Source of the DNA: Pedosphaera sp.
GTDB lineage: Bacteria; Verrucomicrobiota; Verrucomicrobiia; Limisphaerales; SIBH01
Direction of reading: 5' to 3'
DNA length: 18,763 nucleotides
NCBI GenBank assembly: GCA_031414955.1
Contig: JANOQV010000273.1
Location: 1-18,763, forward strand
This document shows, piece by piece, positions 7,957-15,398 of the stretch; within the stretch, counting starts at the first letter, position 1, and every line of letters begins with the position of its first letter. The notes under the pieces were generated by a model. That model did no database searches. It saw only the letters and a list, made by a program, of their open reading frames with translations, and was not told the DNA's origin. A program made the translations under genes and the position numbers.

Positions 7957-8809
7957 CAATCTTCAACAGAAAGAAACTGCCGAAGCAAAATATGCCGATG
8001 CGGAGTCTCGGCGATTTTTGCGAGAAATTCGCAAACAATACGAAGTGTGGCGAAATGCGAATCAGGAACTGAAAGGGCCGGGCAAGATAGCGACTGCTCA
8101 TGACAGCGAAATTCTCGGCAAGCGGGTGGTTTTGTTCACGACTTACAAGGATTTCATCGACCAACAAAAATACGCGGAGAAGTTTGACTCGCGCTCGAAT
8201 CTTCACTCGTCCGTTTTGGAAGAATTCATCTACTACCTGTTCCGCGACCTCGTGAGTGAATTCACTGAGCGAGCGCTCATCGGGAAAGCGCACACTTTCA
8301 AAGACATTTTCTTCATGCCGCCAAACTATACGGCGATGCTCGACGCTCCCCACGCGCGAATCGAAAGAAAAGATCATGACTTTGCCATTGGGGTCAGCGT
8401 GAGTGCCTGCCTGAATTGTGCCGGCCAGGAAAAAGGCGAGGTGCATCACTTTCAAATCCCAGCCGTGGCCATCGAGTGCAAAACGTATTTGGACAAAACC
8501 ATGTTGGAAGGTTCTTCAACCGCTGCCGAGCAGTTGAAGTTTCGGAATCCCAACGCGCTTTACCTCGTGGTTTCCGAATGGCTCAAGCTAACGGGCAATG
8601 TGAACCTCCGAAAATTCAAGGTGGATCAGATTTACGTGCTGCGGAAACAGAAGAACACGGATCGCGAATTTCGTTTTCTGCCGGACTACGAAAAGAACCC
8701 GGTCTACCTCGATGTTGTCGAACATCTCTTCAAGACTGTTTGCGCCCATCTCACATCGAATTGGGAAGGCGGTGTTTCTTATGGATTGCAGAAGGGCTAT
8801 CTCCTCTGA
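7940..8809 (+). CDS. Bpu10I-family Type II restriction endonuclease
   Basis: 289 aa, overlapping the MTase 3' end by 17 nt. Motifs HGDNL..K, FDSRSNLHSSVLEEF, KDHDFAIG, AIECKTYLDKTML (PD-(D/E)xK) and IYVLRKQK. Confidence 0.9.
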   Translation: MHVHGDNLQQKETAEAKYADAESRRFLREIRKQYEVWRNANQELKGPGKIATAHDSEILGKRVVLFTTYKDFIDQQKYAEKFDSRSNLHSSVLEEFIYYLFRDLVSEFTERALIGKAHTFKDIFFMPPNYTAMLDAPHARIERKDHDFAIGVSVSACLNCAGQEKGEVHHFQIPAVAIECKTYLDKTMLEGSSTAAEQLKFRNPNALYLVVSEWLKLTGNVNLRKFKVDQIYVLRKQKNTDREFRFLPDYEKNPVYLDVVEHLFKTVCAHLTSNWEGGVSYGLQKGYLL

Positions 8810-8855
8810 AGAAAAGCTGCGCGCCATCCCGCCGTTCGAGTTCGAGAACTGGGCC
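8808..8855 (+). pseudogene. Remnant (EEKLRAIPPFEFENWA) resembling the start of the C-terminal Mrr-like domain of MTase-endonuclease fusion proteins
   Basis: High-GC3 codons resume immediately at the REase stop for 16 codons. The LR.IPPFEFENWA motif is recalled from the same family as the 6170 remnant (recall, not a search). Confidence 0.6.
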
Positions 8856-8998
8856 GAAAAGAGGTCGATTCCTAGTTTCTGCAAGTCGATTTTCCTCAGG
8901 CGCAACCCGGCGGATTCCACTCATGAAGCGCATCAACCCAGAAAGCTCGCGTTTCGAGCACCCACCAGCCTGAAATCATATAAAGGGCTGTTTGTCTG

Positions 8999-9442
8999 AT
9001 GGTTAGCTATCCATTGGCATGTCACTTCTGGCGGAAACGATGTTGTTTTTCGCAAAAACAACACTGCTTGGGGCGTAAACAGTACTGCGCGGCCCGTGGC
9101 CCATACTGCGCGGCTGGCCAGCAGTATGGCCCCGCCTCGACCGTATGGAGCGGGAGCCGCGCGCAGTGTGGTCCGGCCTCGGGCGTATGGAGCGGGCGCA
9201 GTTCGCAGTGTGGTCCCGGCTCGACGGTATGGAGCTGGGAACGTGCGCAGTGTGGTCGGGTGGCGCCGGTATGGAGCGGAGCGCGGGAGCAGTGTCGCGG
9301 GAGGCCGGGAGTATGGAGCGCGGGTCGTCGGCAGTACTGCCCGCGGCGGTCGGAGTGTCGCGCCAGCGGTGGTTCGGGTCTCGCCCGAGGCCGGGAGTAC
9401 GGTTCACCTCGCGCGCCGGGTCAGGTTCGCGGTCGGGAGTAG
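8999..9442 (+). CDS. Possible 147-aa heptad-repeat Cys/Trp-rich ORF spanning the array (may be non-coding)
   Basis: ATG 8999 to TAG 9442 is in phase with the 21-bp units, giving (QCGxxxx-VWSxxxx)n. No clear RBS, and several other frames are also open. Confidence 0.3.
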   Translation: MVSYPLACHFWRKRCCFSQKQHCLGRKQYCAARGPYCAAGQQYGPASTVWSGSRAQCGPASGVWSGRSSQCGPGSTVWSWERAQCGRVAPVWSGAREQCRGRPGVWSAGRRQYCPRRSECRASGGSGLARGREYGSPRAPGQVRGRE

Positions 9443-9445
9443 AGT
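9038..9445. repeat. 21-bp-period array of alternating conserved 9-mers and 12-nt variable segments (42-bp higher-order unit)
   Basis: GTATGGAGC at 9143, 9185, 9227, 9269 and 9311. CAGT(G/A)TGG(T/C)-like motifs at 9122, 9164, 9206 and 9248, with variants at 9080, 9290, 9332, 9353, 9395 and 9437. About 19-20 units, all in 21-nt phase. Confidence 0.92.
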
Positions 9446-9536
9446 GGGCGTGGGGCGCCGATAGATTTTAATGGTGCTTGCTGCGCTCGGGCGAAAGTTC
9501 AGTGTCGGCCCGTCCACCGCCATGCCGAACACTATT

Positions 9537-9634
9537 GGTTTTCAACCCGCAGCACGCCGCTGCCGCCGAGGATCGAAATAGTTCCTGTGACTTCCGCCCC
9601 AGCAACCTGCTGCGGGTTGAAAACCCGCGCTCCG
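9537..9634. repeat. GGAG-family REP doublet (left copy truncated)
   Basis: 18-bp perfect IR GGTTTTCAACCCGCAGCA (9537-9554) / TGCTGCGGGTTGAAAACC (9608-9625), followed by CGCGCTCCG, matching the ends of the 3562-3588 and 6346-6369 copies. Confidence 0.8.
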
Positions 9635-9741
9635 GCCCAGCTTCGCTGGCGGCCTCCCGGTGCGACTTCGGAGTTCAGGTCAAGTCCGGCCCATCATCAC
9701 GCCATGCGCCACGCACCGTGCAACCACCCACCAGGAGCGGA

Positions 9742-9832
9742 TGGATGAATCACGCCGTTGGCGCTCATGGGTTGGTTGCGCCGAGGACATGGGCGATGCC
9801 CCATGCTGGCATGGCCACGGGCCGTTGGCCCT
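9742..9832. repeat. Degenerate REP-like element downstream of selO
   Basis: CGCCGTTGGCGCT ... GGGCGATGCCCCATGCTGGCATGG ... GGGCCGTTGGCCCT: internally repeated GCCGTTGGC mini-hairpins. Confidence 0.5.
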
Positions 9833-9852
9833 CACCCACCACCGCGCTCCTC

Positions 9853-11358
9853 TCAGGTGCCGCAGAAGGTTCGGCAGATCGGAGTGCCGGGGGGCGGCGG
9901 ATTCAGCAGGGCGGCGGGTTGGCCAGCTTCGTCGTAGGGGTTGGCCAACGCGGCGAGGAGGCGTTCCAACGGGGCGAGATCGTTGCCGTTGGCGGCGGCG
10001 AGGGCGGCTTCCACTTCGTGGTTCCGGGGAATCACCGCCGGGTTGTGGGCGTGCATGAGCCGCAGTGTTTCTGTCCAAGGCTGGGTTTGCCGCGCGAGGC
10101 GGTCGGTCCAGCGTCGGTGCCAGGTGATGAATGTCCCTTCGGCCGGAGGAGTTGTTTGCGGCGGGGCTTGGGGTCGCAGGTTCCGGAAGGTGTGGGTGTA
10201 GTCGGCCCGAGCTTGGTGCATCCAGCGGAGCAACTCGTCGCCGAGGGAAGTGTCTTCCGGTTCAGCGGTGAACAGGCCGAGCTTGGCGCGCAGGGCCGCA
10301 AGCCAGTGTTGCTGAAAGCGCGTGGAGAAAGTTTCGATCACCTGCTGGGCGCGGGCCAGGGCGGTCTCTGGTTCCGGGTGCAGGAGGGGCAGCAGGGTCT
10401 CGGCGAGGCGGGCCAGGTTCCAGGCCGCAATCTGGGGTTGCTGTCCAAAGGCGTAGCGGCCGTGACGGTCGATGGAACTGAACACAGCCGCCGGATCGTA
10501 GGCATCCAGGAAGGCGCAGGGACCGTAGTCGATGGTTTCGCCGGAGAGCGCCATGTTGTCGGTGTTCATGACGCCATGCACGAAGCCGACCCGCATCCAG
10601 TGGGCGAGGAGCGAACCCTGTCTTTCCATCACTGCTTCCAAAAGTCCGAGCGCTGGAGGCCCGGACTCGACCCGGTTCGGAAAGTGGCGGCGAAGCGTGT
10701 AGTCGGCCAGGACGCGCAGAGCCTCGGTGTCGCCGAGCGCGGCGAAGTATTCGAAGGTGCCGACGCGGATGTGGCTGGCGGCGACGCGGGTGAGCACCGC
10801 ACCGAGAAGCGGTTGTTCGCGGAAGACCGGTTCGCCGGTGCTGGCTACGGCGAGGCTGCGCGTGGTCGGGATGCCGAGGGCGTGCATGGCTTCGCTGATC
10901 AGATACTCGCGCAGCATGGGGCCGAGGGCGGCCCGGCCGTCGCCGCGGCGCGAGTAGGGAGTCGGCCCGGCGCCTTTCAACTGGATGTCGAACCGCTCGC
11001 CCGAGGGTGTGCGGTGTTCACCGAGCAGGATGGCGCGCCCGTCGCCGAGCCGGACAAAATTTCCGTACTGATGTCCGGCATAGGCCTGGGCGATAGGCTC
11101 GGCCCCGGGAAGGATTTTGTTGCCGGTGAAGAAGGCAGCCGCACCCGCGCCGGTGCAGGCGGCGGGGTCGAGTCCGAGGGCTCGGGCCAGCGGATGGTTG
11201 AAGAGAACGAGGCGCGGTTGGGTGACCGGGGTGGGATTGACCTGGGCGTGGAACACTTCCGGCAGGCGGGCGTAAGTGTTGTCGAACTGCCAGCCGGCGG
11301 GACGCGGGGCAGCTTCGGAGGTCTGGCGAACCGGCTGGCCCGTCTCATCGTTCATCAT
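9853..11358 (-). CDS. selO: Protein adenylyltransferase SelO (YdiU family)
   Basis: Motifs AQAYAGHQYG..LGDGRA, QLKGAGPTPYSRRGDGRA, REYLISEAMHALGIPTTRSL, GFVHGVMNTDNM, IDYGP, NPAVIPRNH and C-terminal TFCGT. Start at MMNDE (11358). Confidence 0.96.
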   Translation of the reverse strand: MMNDETGQPVRQTSEAAPRPAGWQFDNTYARLPEVFHAQVNPTPVTQPRLVLFNHPLARALGLDPAACTGAGAAAFFTGNKILPGAEPIAQAYAGHQYGNFVRLGDGRAILLGEHRTPSGERFDIQLKGAGPTPYSRRGDGRAALGPMLREYLISEAMHALGIPTTRSLAVASTGEPVFREQPLLGAVLTRVAASHIRVGTFEYFAALGDTEALRVLADYTLRRHFPNRVESGPPALGLLEAVMERQGSLLAHWMRVGFVHGVMNTDNMALSGETIDYGPCAFLDAYDPAAVFSSIDRHGRYAFGQQPQIAAWNLARLAETLLPLLHPEPETALARAQQVIETFSTRFQQHWLAALRAKLGLFTAEPEDTSLGDELLRWMHQARADYTHTFRNLRPQAPPQTTPPAEGTFITWHRRWTDRLARQTQPWTETLRLMHAHNPAVIPRNHEVEAALAAANGNDLAPLERLLAALANPYDEAGQPAALLNPPPPGTPICRTFCGT

Positions 11359-11461
11359 TCTGGTTTCAGCATGGCGTGGCGGCTGAAAAATGGGAGGCAG
11401 AAGGTTGGAGGCTCCGCATCCTCGGGGCTGGTGCGCTTGCGCTCTGCACGCGCATGGCCGC

Positions 11462-13531
11462 TCAAGGGACGCGGCGTAACTGGTAGAAGTGGTGCGAATT
11501 CGTCGTCGGCACGGTGACGATCTTGCGCCGACTGTTCGTGGATACCGTGCCACCCGGCGGCAGCCATTGGGGTGAGGGAAGGTTCGGCGCGGCCACCAGT
11601 TCGTAATCCGGGAAGGAAGTTGGCCAGGTGATCACGGCGTTGGTCTGGGCGCGCGCAATGGTCATCGTGGGCTGCGGTGTGCCGGGGTAGTCGCCTTTGA
11701 AGATCGTGAAGGAGTCGTCCACCGTTCCGCCGGCCGTGACGAAGCTCGCGTCCAGCTTCAATCCATCCACATCAATGACCAGCGCCCCGGCCGTGAGCAC
11801 CGAGTAGGCCATGGCCGGATGATCAAGCGACCCGCCGCCATATTGCCCGCCGGAACTTCCATCCACGACATAGACCGTGCCGCGCCGGGCCCCGAGTCCG
11901 CCGGCAGGCTTCAAGTAAGCGCCCTGCCCGTTGGTTTGACCGTTGCCACCGTTGAGGTAATTGGTCGCACTGACTTCCGAGGAATATCCATAGAAGCCAT
12001 CGATCAGGTAAGAGCGTTCATAGGAGTGACTGTGGCCGAACAGGACCAAATCCACCCCGGCCGCTTCCAGAATGGGCAGCACGTTCCGCCGCATCTGGAT
12101 CAGTTCAGGCTCAGCATCCGAGTCGTGCGAGCCTTTGGTGTAAGCGGGATGATGCCAGTAGGCGATGACCCAATCGCGCGTGTTGTCGGCGAGGTCGGCC
12201 TGAAGCCATTGCAGCATGGCGCTGCCGGGCTGGCGAAAAACGGCGGTCATCGAGTCGAGGCAGACGAAGTGGATGTTCGCGTAGTCGTAGGAATAGTAGT
12301 GCTCGGTGCCCGAGGCCAGCCCGCCGGCCTGGCCGTTCGTCGGCATGGTGAAGATGCGGTAGTAATCGTAATCATCCGTCAGCACCTGGCTGCCGGTGCC
12401 GGTTTCATGATTGCCGATGGTGGGCCAGACCACGGTCTGGCGGAGCAACGACGGGTAGATGTTGAACACGTACGATTGATACTGGCTGTCGTAGCCCTGG
12501 CCATAGGCGTTGTCGCCCAACATCAGCCACACGTCGGTGTTCCGGTTGCTGGTGAAATTGTAGTAAGCATCGCGCACTTGATACTGCGGGCCGTAGCCAG
12601 TGCCGAAATCGCCGATGGCCCAGATGCGCGTGGGCTTGGCCGGGCCGGGCCGGGGAGAAGTGTGAAAGAAGTAGCTGGCATCGCCGGCCAGGGACTGCGT
12701 GAGAATGCCGATGGCGTAGAAGTATTTCGTGTCGGGCACCAGGCCGGTCAGCGTGATTTCGTGGTCGGTGACGAAGGTCGCATTGCTTACGCCCAGGTTC
12801 AGATTGGCGAGATTGGTTCCATACAGCACGCGCGTGGTGCTCGGCCCGCCGGTCCTCCAGCGCACCACCAAGTTGCTGGAAGTGCCCACTTGGAGGTACG
12901 GCCCGCGCGTCACCGTGGGCGTGACACCCCCGCCGGGATTGGCCAGCAATTCCAAGTCGAAGCTCAGGTCCGGGCTGGCTGGCTCGTACTGATGCACCTC
13001 CACCGCAATCAAGTTGTAACCGGAGACGAAGAGCGAAGGGCTTAACGTGGTGCTGCTGAGGTCGGCCTCATCGGGGTAACTGAGCCGGCTGGCCGCGTAG
13101 GTTTCACAGTCGATGATGCCGCCAGGCATGTTGTTGCGAAAAACCTCCTGGCCGTTCACATACACCACCGCGCCGTCATCGCTCAACAGGTTCACCACCA
13201 ACGAGGCATACTCGCCCGGGTCGGCGATGAGCACGTAACCTCGGAAATAGGTGGTCACGTACTTGTCCTCGTCATCCGGGCCGTAGCTGATCGACGTCTC
13301 CTCATCGCCGTCGCCATAGCCGAATTGCGCAAAGCCGAAGCTCCAGCCGTAATCACCCTCGTCGTAACCCAGTTCAGACCAGTTCGAGCCGGGCGCGTAG
13401 CCCTGATCAAAAAAGTACCAGCCGGAGTAAAACGGAAGCAGGGTGGTCGCCCCGTGCAGCCGGTGGGACGCCAGGACGAACCCGGCCAGCGCGAGCGCGA
13501 GACAAAGCCAGTTACTGAGATGCCGTTTCAT
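11462..13531 (-). CDS. Secreted purple acid phosphatase-family metallophosphoesterase with an N-terminal beta-sandwich, an FN3-like domain and a C-terminal tail domain
   Basis: Signal peptide MKRHLSNWLCLALALAGFVLA. Metal motifs GDFG, LGDNAY, GNHE, HHP and GHSHSYER. RGPYLQ..VRWRT PAP N-domain; SDDGAVVYVNG..N.IAVEVHQ N-terminal domain. Confidence 0.93.
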   Translation of the reverse strand: MKRHLSNWLCLALALAGFVLASHRLHGATTLLPFYSGWYFFDQGYAPGSNWSELGYDEGDYGWSFGFAQFGYGDGDEETSISYGPDDEDKYVTTYFRGYVLIADPGEYASLVVNLLSDDGAVVYVNGQEVFRNNMPGGIIDCETYAASRLSYPDEADLSSTTLSPSLFVSGYNLIAVEVHQYEPASPDLSFDLELLANPGGGVTPTVTRGPYLQVGTSSNLVVRWRTGGPSTTRVLYGTNLANLNLGVSNATFVTDHEITLTGLVPDTKYFYAIGILTQSLAGDASYFFHTSPRPGPAKPTRIWAIGDFGTGYGPQYQVRDAYYNFTSNRNTDVWLMLGDNAYGQGYDSQYQSYVFNIYPSLLRQTVVWPTIGNHETGTGSQVLTDDYDYYRIFTMPTNGQAGGLASGTEHYYSYDYANIHFVCLDSMTAVFRQPGSAMLQWLQADLADNTRDWVIAYWHHPAYTKGSHDSDAEPELIQMRRNVLPILEAAGVDLVLFGHSHSYERSYLIDGFYGYSSEVSATNYLNGGNGQTNGQGAYLKPAGGLGARRGTVYVVDGSSGGQYGGGSLDHPAMAYSVLTAGALVIDVDGLKLDASFVTAGGTVDDSFTIFKGDYPGTPQPTMTIARAQTNAVITWPTSFPDYELVAAPNLPSPQWLPPGGTVSTNSRRKIVTVPTTNSHHFYQLRRVP

Positions 13532-13615
13532 TGGGTATGGGACGAAGCCTATCGCAAGCACGGCTTGGTGGCCAGTAACTCCGCAGGCCAAAACTCGCTG
13601 CGAACGCGCCGGGCG

Positions 13616-14458
13616 CTATTTCACGGGTGCGACGACCGGAGAAGTCGCCGCCAGCGCCGCACGAATGCGCCCTTCCAACTCCAGCGTGGCTCGAGTGCTG
13701 CGATGCGAGGGCGGGAGCCGGTCAATGGCCGCGAGGGCGTCCCGATAATTCGCGGCGGCCTCTGGCTCCCGGCCCGCCTGGCGCAATACCTCGCCGCGCC
13801 GCATCAACCAGGTCTCCTTGCGTTGCAGTCGCGCGCTCACTGCGTCGATGCGCGCGAGGGCGTCGTCGAAACGCTTCATGGAAACCTCCACTTCGATGGC
13901 TGGCAGTTCAAACGTCACGAGGGGGCCAAGGCGCTTGATGCCCATGTCCAAAGTGCGCAACGCCTCCTCTGGTTTGCCCATTGAGCGGAAGGCGGCCGCG
14001 CGCTCGATGAACAGCTCGGGGTTGGCGGAACCGAAGCCGATGGCCGTGGCGTAGTCATCCGTGGCGGCCTGGTGCTGGCCCAGTTTCGCCAGGACGCGGG
14101 CGCGCACGGTGTAGGCTTCCTGATCCTTTTGCGGCCGTGCGAGGTAACGGTTCAGCGGCGGGAGTGCCGCTTGCGGCTGGTTCGCCTCGAAGTGGACCAG
14201 GCCAAGGCAAAAATCGACGCGGCGCAACGACGCATCCAACGCCGCAGTGCGCCGGAGATCAGTCAGCGCATTGGTGAAATCGCCATCAATGCGGTAAAGC
14301 TCGGCGCGATTGAAGTAGAGCGAAGCATTGGTGGGAGACTGGGAGATCTGCTGCGTGAGAAGCACAATCCGATCATGCACGTCGCCATGGGCGCACAAAT
14401 TCAGCGCCAGGCCCAAGGAGCCGGCGAGGAATAAAAAGTTTCTCAAAATGCTGACCAC
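13616..14458 (-). CDS. Exported tetratricopeptide repeat protein
   Basis: Signal peptide ending ALNLCA|HGDVH. Repeated TPR patterns (LYFNRAELYRIDGDFTNALTDL, AYTVRARVLAKLGQHQAATDDY, WLMRRGEVLRQAGREPEA). Start uncertain (GTG 14458). Confidence 0.85.
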   Translation of the reverse strand: MVSILRNFLFLAGSLGLALNLCAHGDVHDRIVLLTQQISQSPTNASLYFNRAELYRIDGDFTNALTDLRRTAALDASLRRVDFCLGLVHFEANQPQAALPPLNRYLARPQKDQEAYTVRARVLAKLGQHQAATDDYATAIGFGSANPELFIERAAAFRSMGKPEEALRTLDMGIKRLGPLVTFELPAIEVEVSMKRFDDALARIDAVSARLQRKETWLMRRGEVLRQAGREPEAAANYRDALAAIDRLPPSHRSTRATLELEGRIRAALAATSPVVAPVK

Positions 14459-14660
14459 GTCCGCGCACGATACGCGCCTCCGCCGAATCGGGCAAGGCTC
14501 ACCGCGGCTCACCGCTTGTCCCTGGTCCGGTGATGTTTCTCAACTGCGATGGTAAAGCGTAGGGCGCGGGAGAACATCCGCTGCATAATTCCGAAGCTGC
14601 CAGAAAAAGCTCGAGATGGGGAAGGCGCGCAAATCCGGGGCTTTTCTATCCGCGAAGGAC

Positions 14661-14735
<75 letters not shown>

Positions 14736-14903
14736 CTCCGACTGGCGCGAGAAATTCCCACATCTCTCCTTGATGGCAAGAGTTTTGTCAGGCCCGGCCG
14801 TGGGGCGCGGGGGGATTGAGAATGCGAATCAAAGCGCCAGCGGCCGGGGCACCGGTGGGCCGGTCGGCAAACCAGGATTTTGCCGTGGGCGATAAAACCA
14901 GCC

Positions 14904-15317
14904 CTACATCCTGGTTCCACCCAAGGTCAGCACTCGTAGGAACTGCGCGGTGTTCAGCGGAGTGACGGAGAGGCGCGACTGCTTCACGAGCGGCAGGTCG
15001 GCCAGCACTTTGTCGGCTTTGATTTGCTCCAACGTCACGGGTTGGGCGAGCGCCTTCACCGGAACGAGATCCACGCACGACCAGTCGCCTTCCTTCGCCG
15101 TGGCATCGGGGTAGAATTCCTTCTCGACCCGCGCGAGGCCGACGACGTGTTTGTCGGTGACGCTGTGGTAGAAGAGCACGAGGTCGCCGCGTTTCATGGC
15201 GCGCAGATTGTTGCGCGCCTGGAAATTCCGCACGCCCGTCCACGCCGCGCGCTGGTCTTTCACAAAGGTGGCCCACGAGTAAGCCACAGGTTCTGATTTC
15301 ACGAGCCAATAATTCAT
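14904..15317 (-). CDS. EVE domain protein (PUA-like)
   Basis: Motifs MNYWLVKSEP..YSW, WTGVRNFQARNNLRAMKRGDLVLFYHS and QSRLSVTP. Confidence 0.95.
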   Translation of the reverse strand: MNYWLVKSEPVAYSWATFVKDQRAAWTGVRNFQARNNLRAMKRGDLVLFYHSVTDKHVVGLARVEKEFYPDATAKEGDWSCVDLVPVKALAQPVTLEQIKADKVLADLPLVKQSRLSVTPLNTAQFLRVLTLGGTRM

Positions 15318-15328
15318 GCGCGTGGAGT

Positions 15329-15393
15329 GTAGCAGTCGAGGTGTCGAGGCTCACTCTCGTTTTTGATCAGAGCCTCCTTGCGTCGGCTGTTAC
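15329..15393. repeat. Degenerate GTAG-family REP doublet
   Basis: GTAGCAGTCGAGGTGTCGAGGCTC (15329-15352) is an imperfect inverted partner of 15370-15393 (reverse complement GTAACAGCCGACGCAAGGAGGCTC). Confidence 0.6.
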
Positions 15394-15398
15394 GAAGG

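Noticed and set aside
8923..8973. Tiny ORF MKRINPESSRFEHPPA after the R-M cassette
   Set aside because: Only 16 codons, with no RBS or homology evidence.
9038..9445. CRISPR array or bona fide TIGR array
   Set aside because: The 9-nt repeats and 12-nt spacers are far too short for CRISPR and no cas genes are present. No Nop-domain Tas gene lies in the window, and the spacers are partly related to each other. Kept only as an unexplained array.
9853..9875. Selenocysteine read-through at the selO TGA
   Set aside because: TFCGT-stop is the normal bacterial YdiU C-terminus, and the TGA follows the complete motif.
9478..11517. 679-aa plus-strand ORF and other long antisense ORFs (29..1057, 1814..3322, 11819..13045, 15363..16964)
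   Set aside because: Shadow ORFs opposite well-supported genes in GC-rich DNA, with no recognisable motifs.
14904..15317. EVE protein as a modified-DNA reader linked to the C5-MTase
   Set aside because: Stand-alone EVE with host-like composition, ~6 kb from the cassette and with no nuclease partner. Proximity is probably coincidental.
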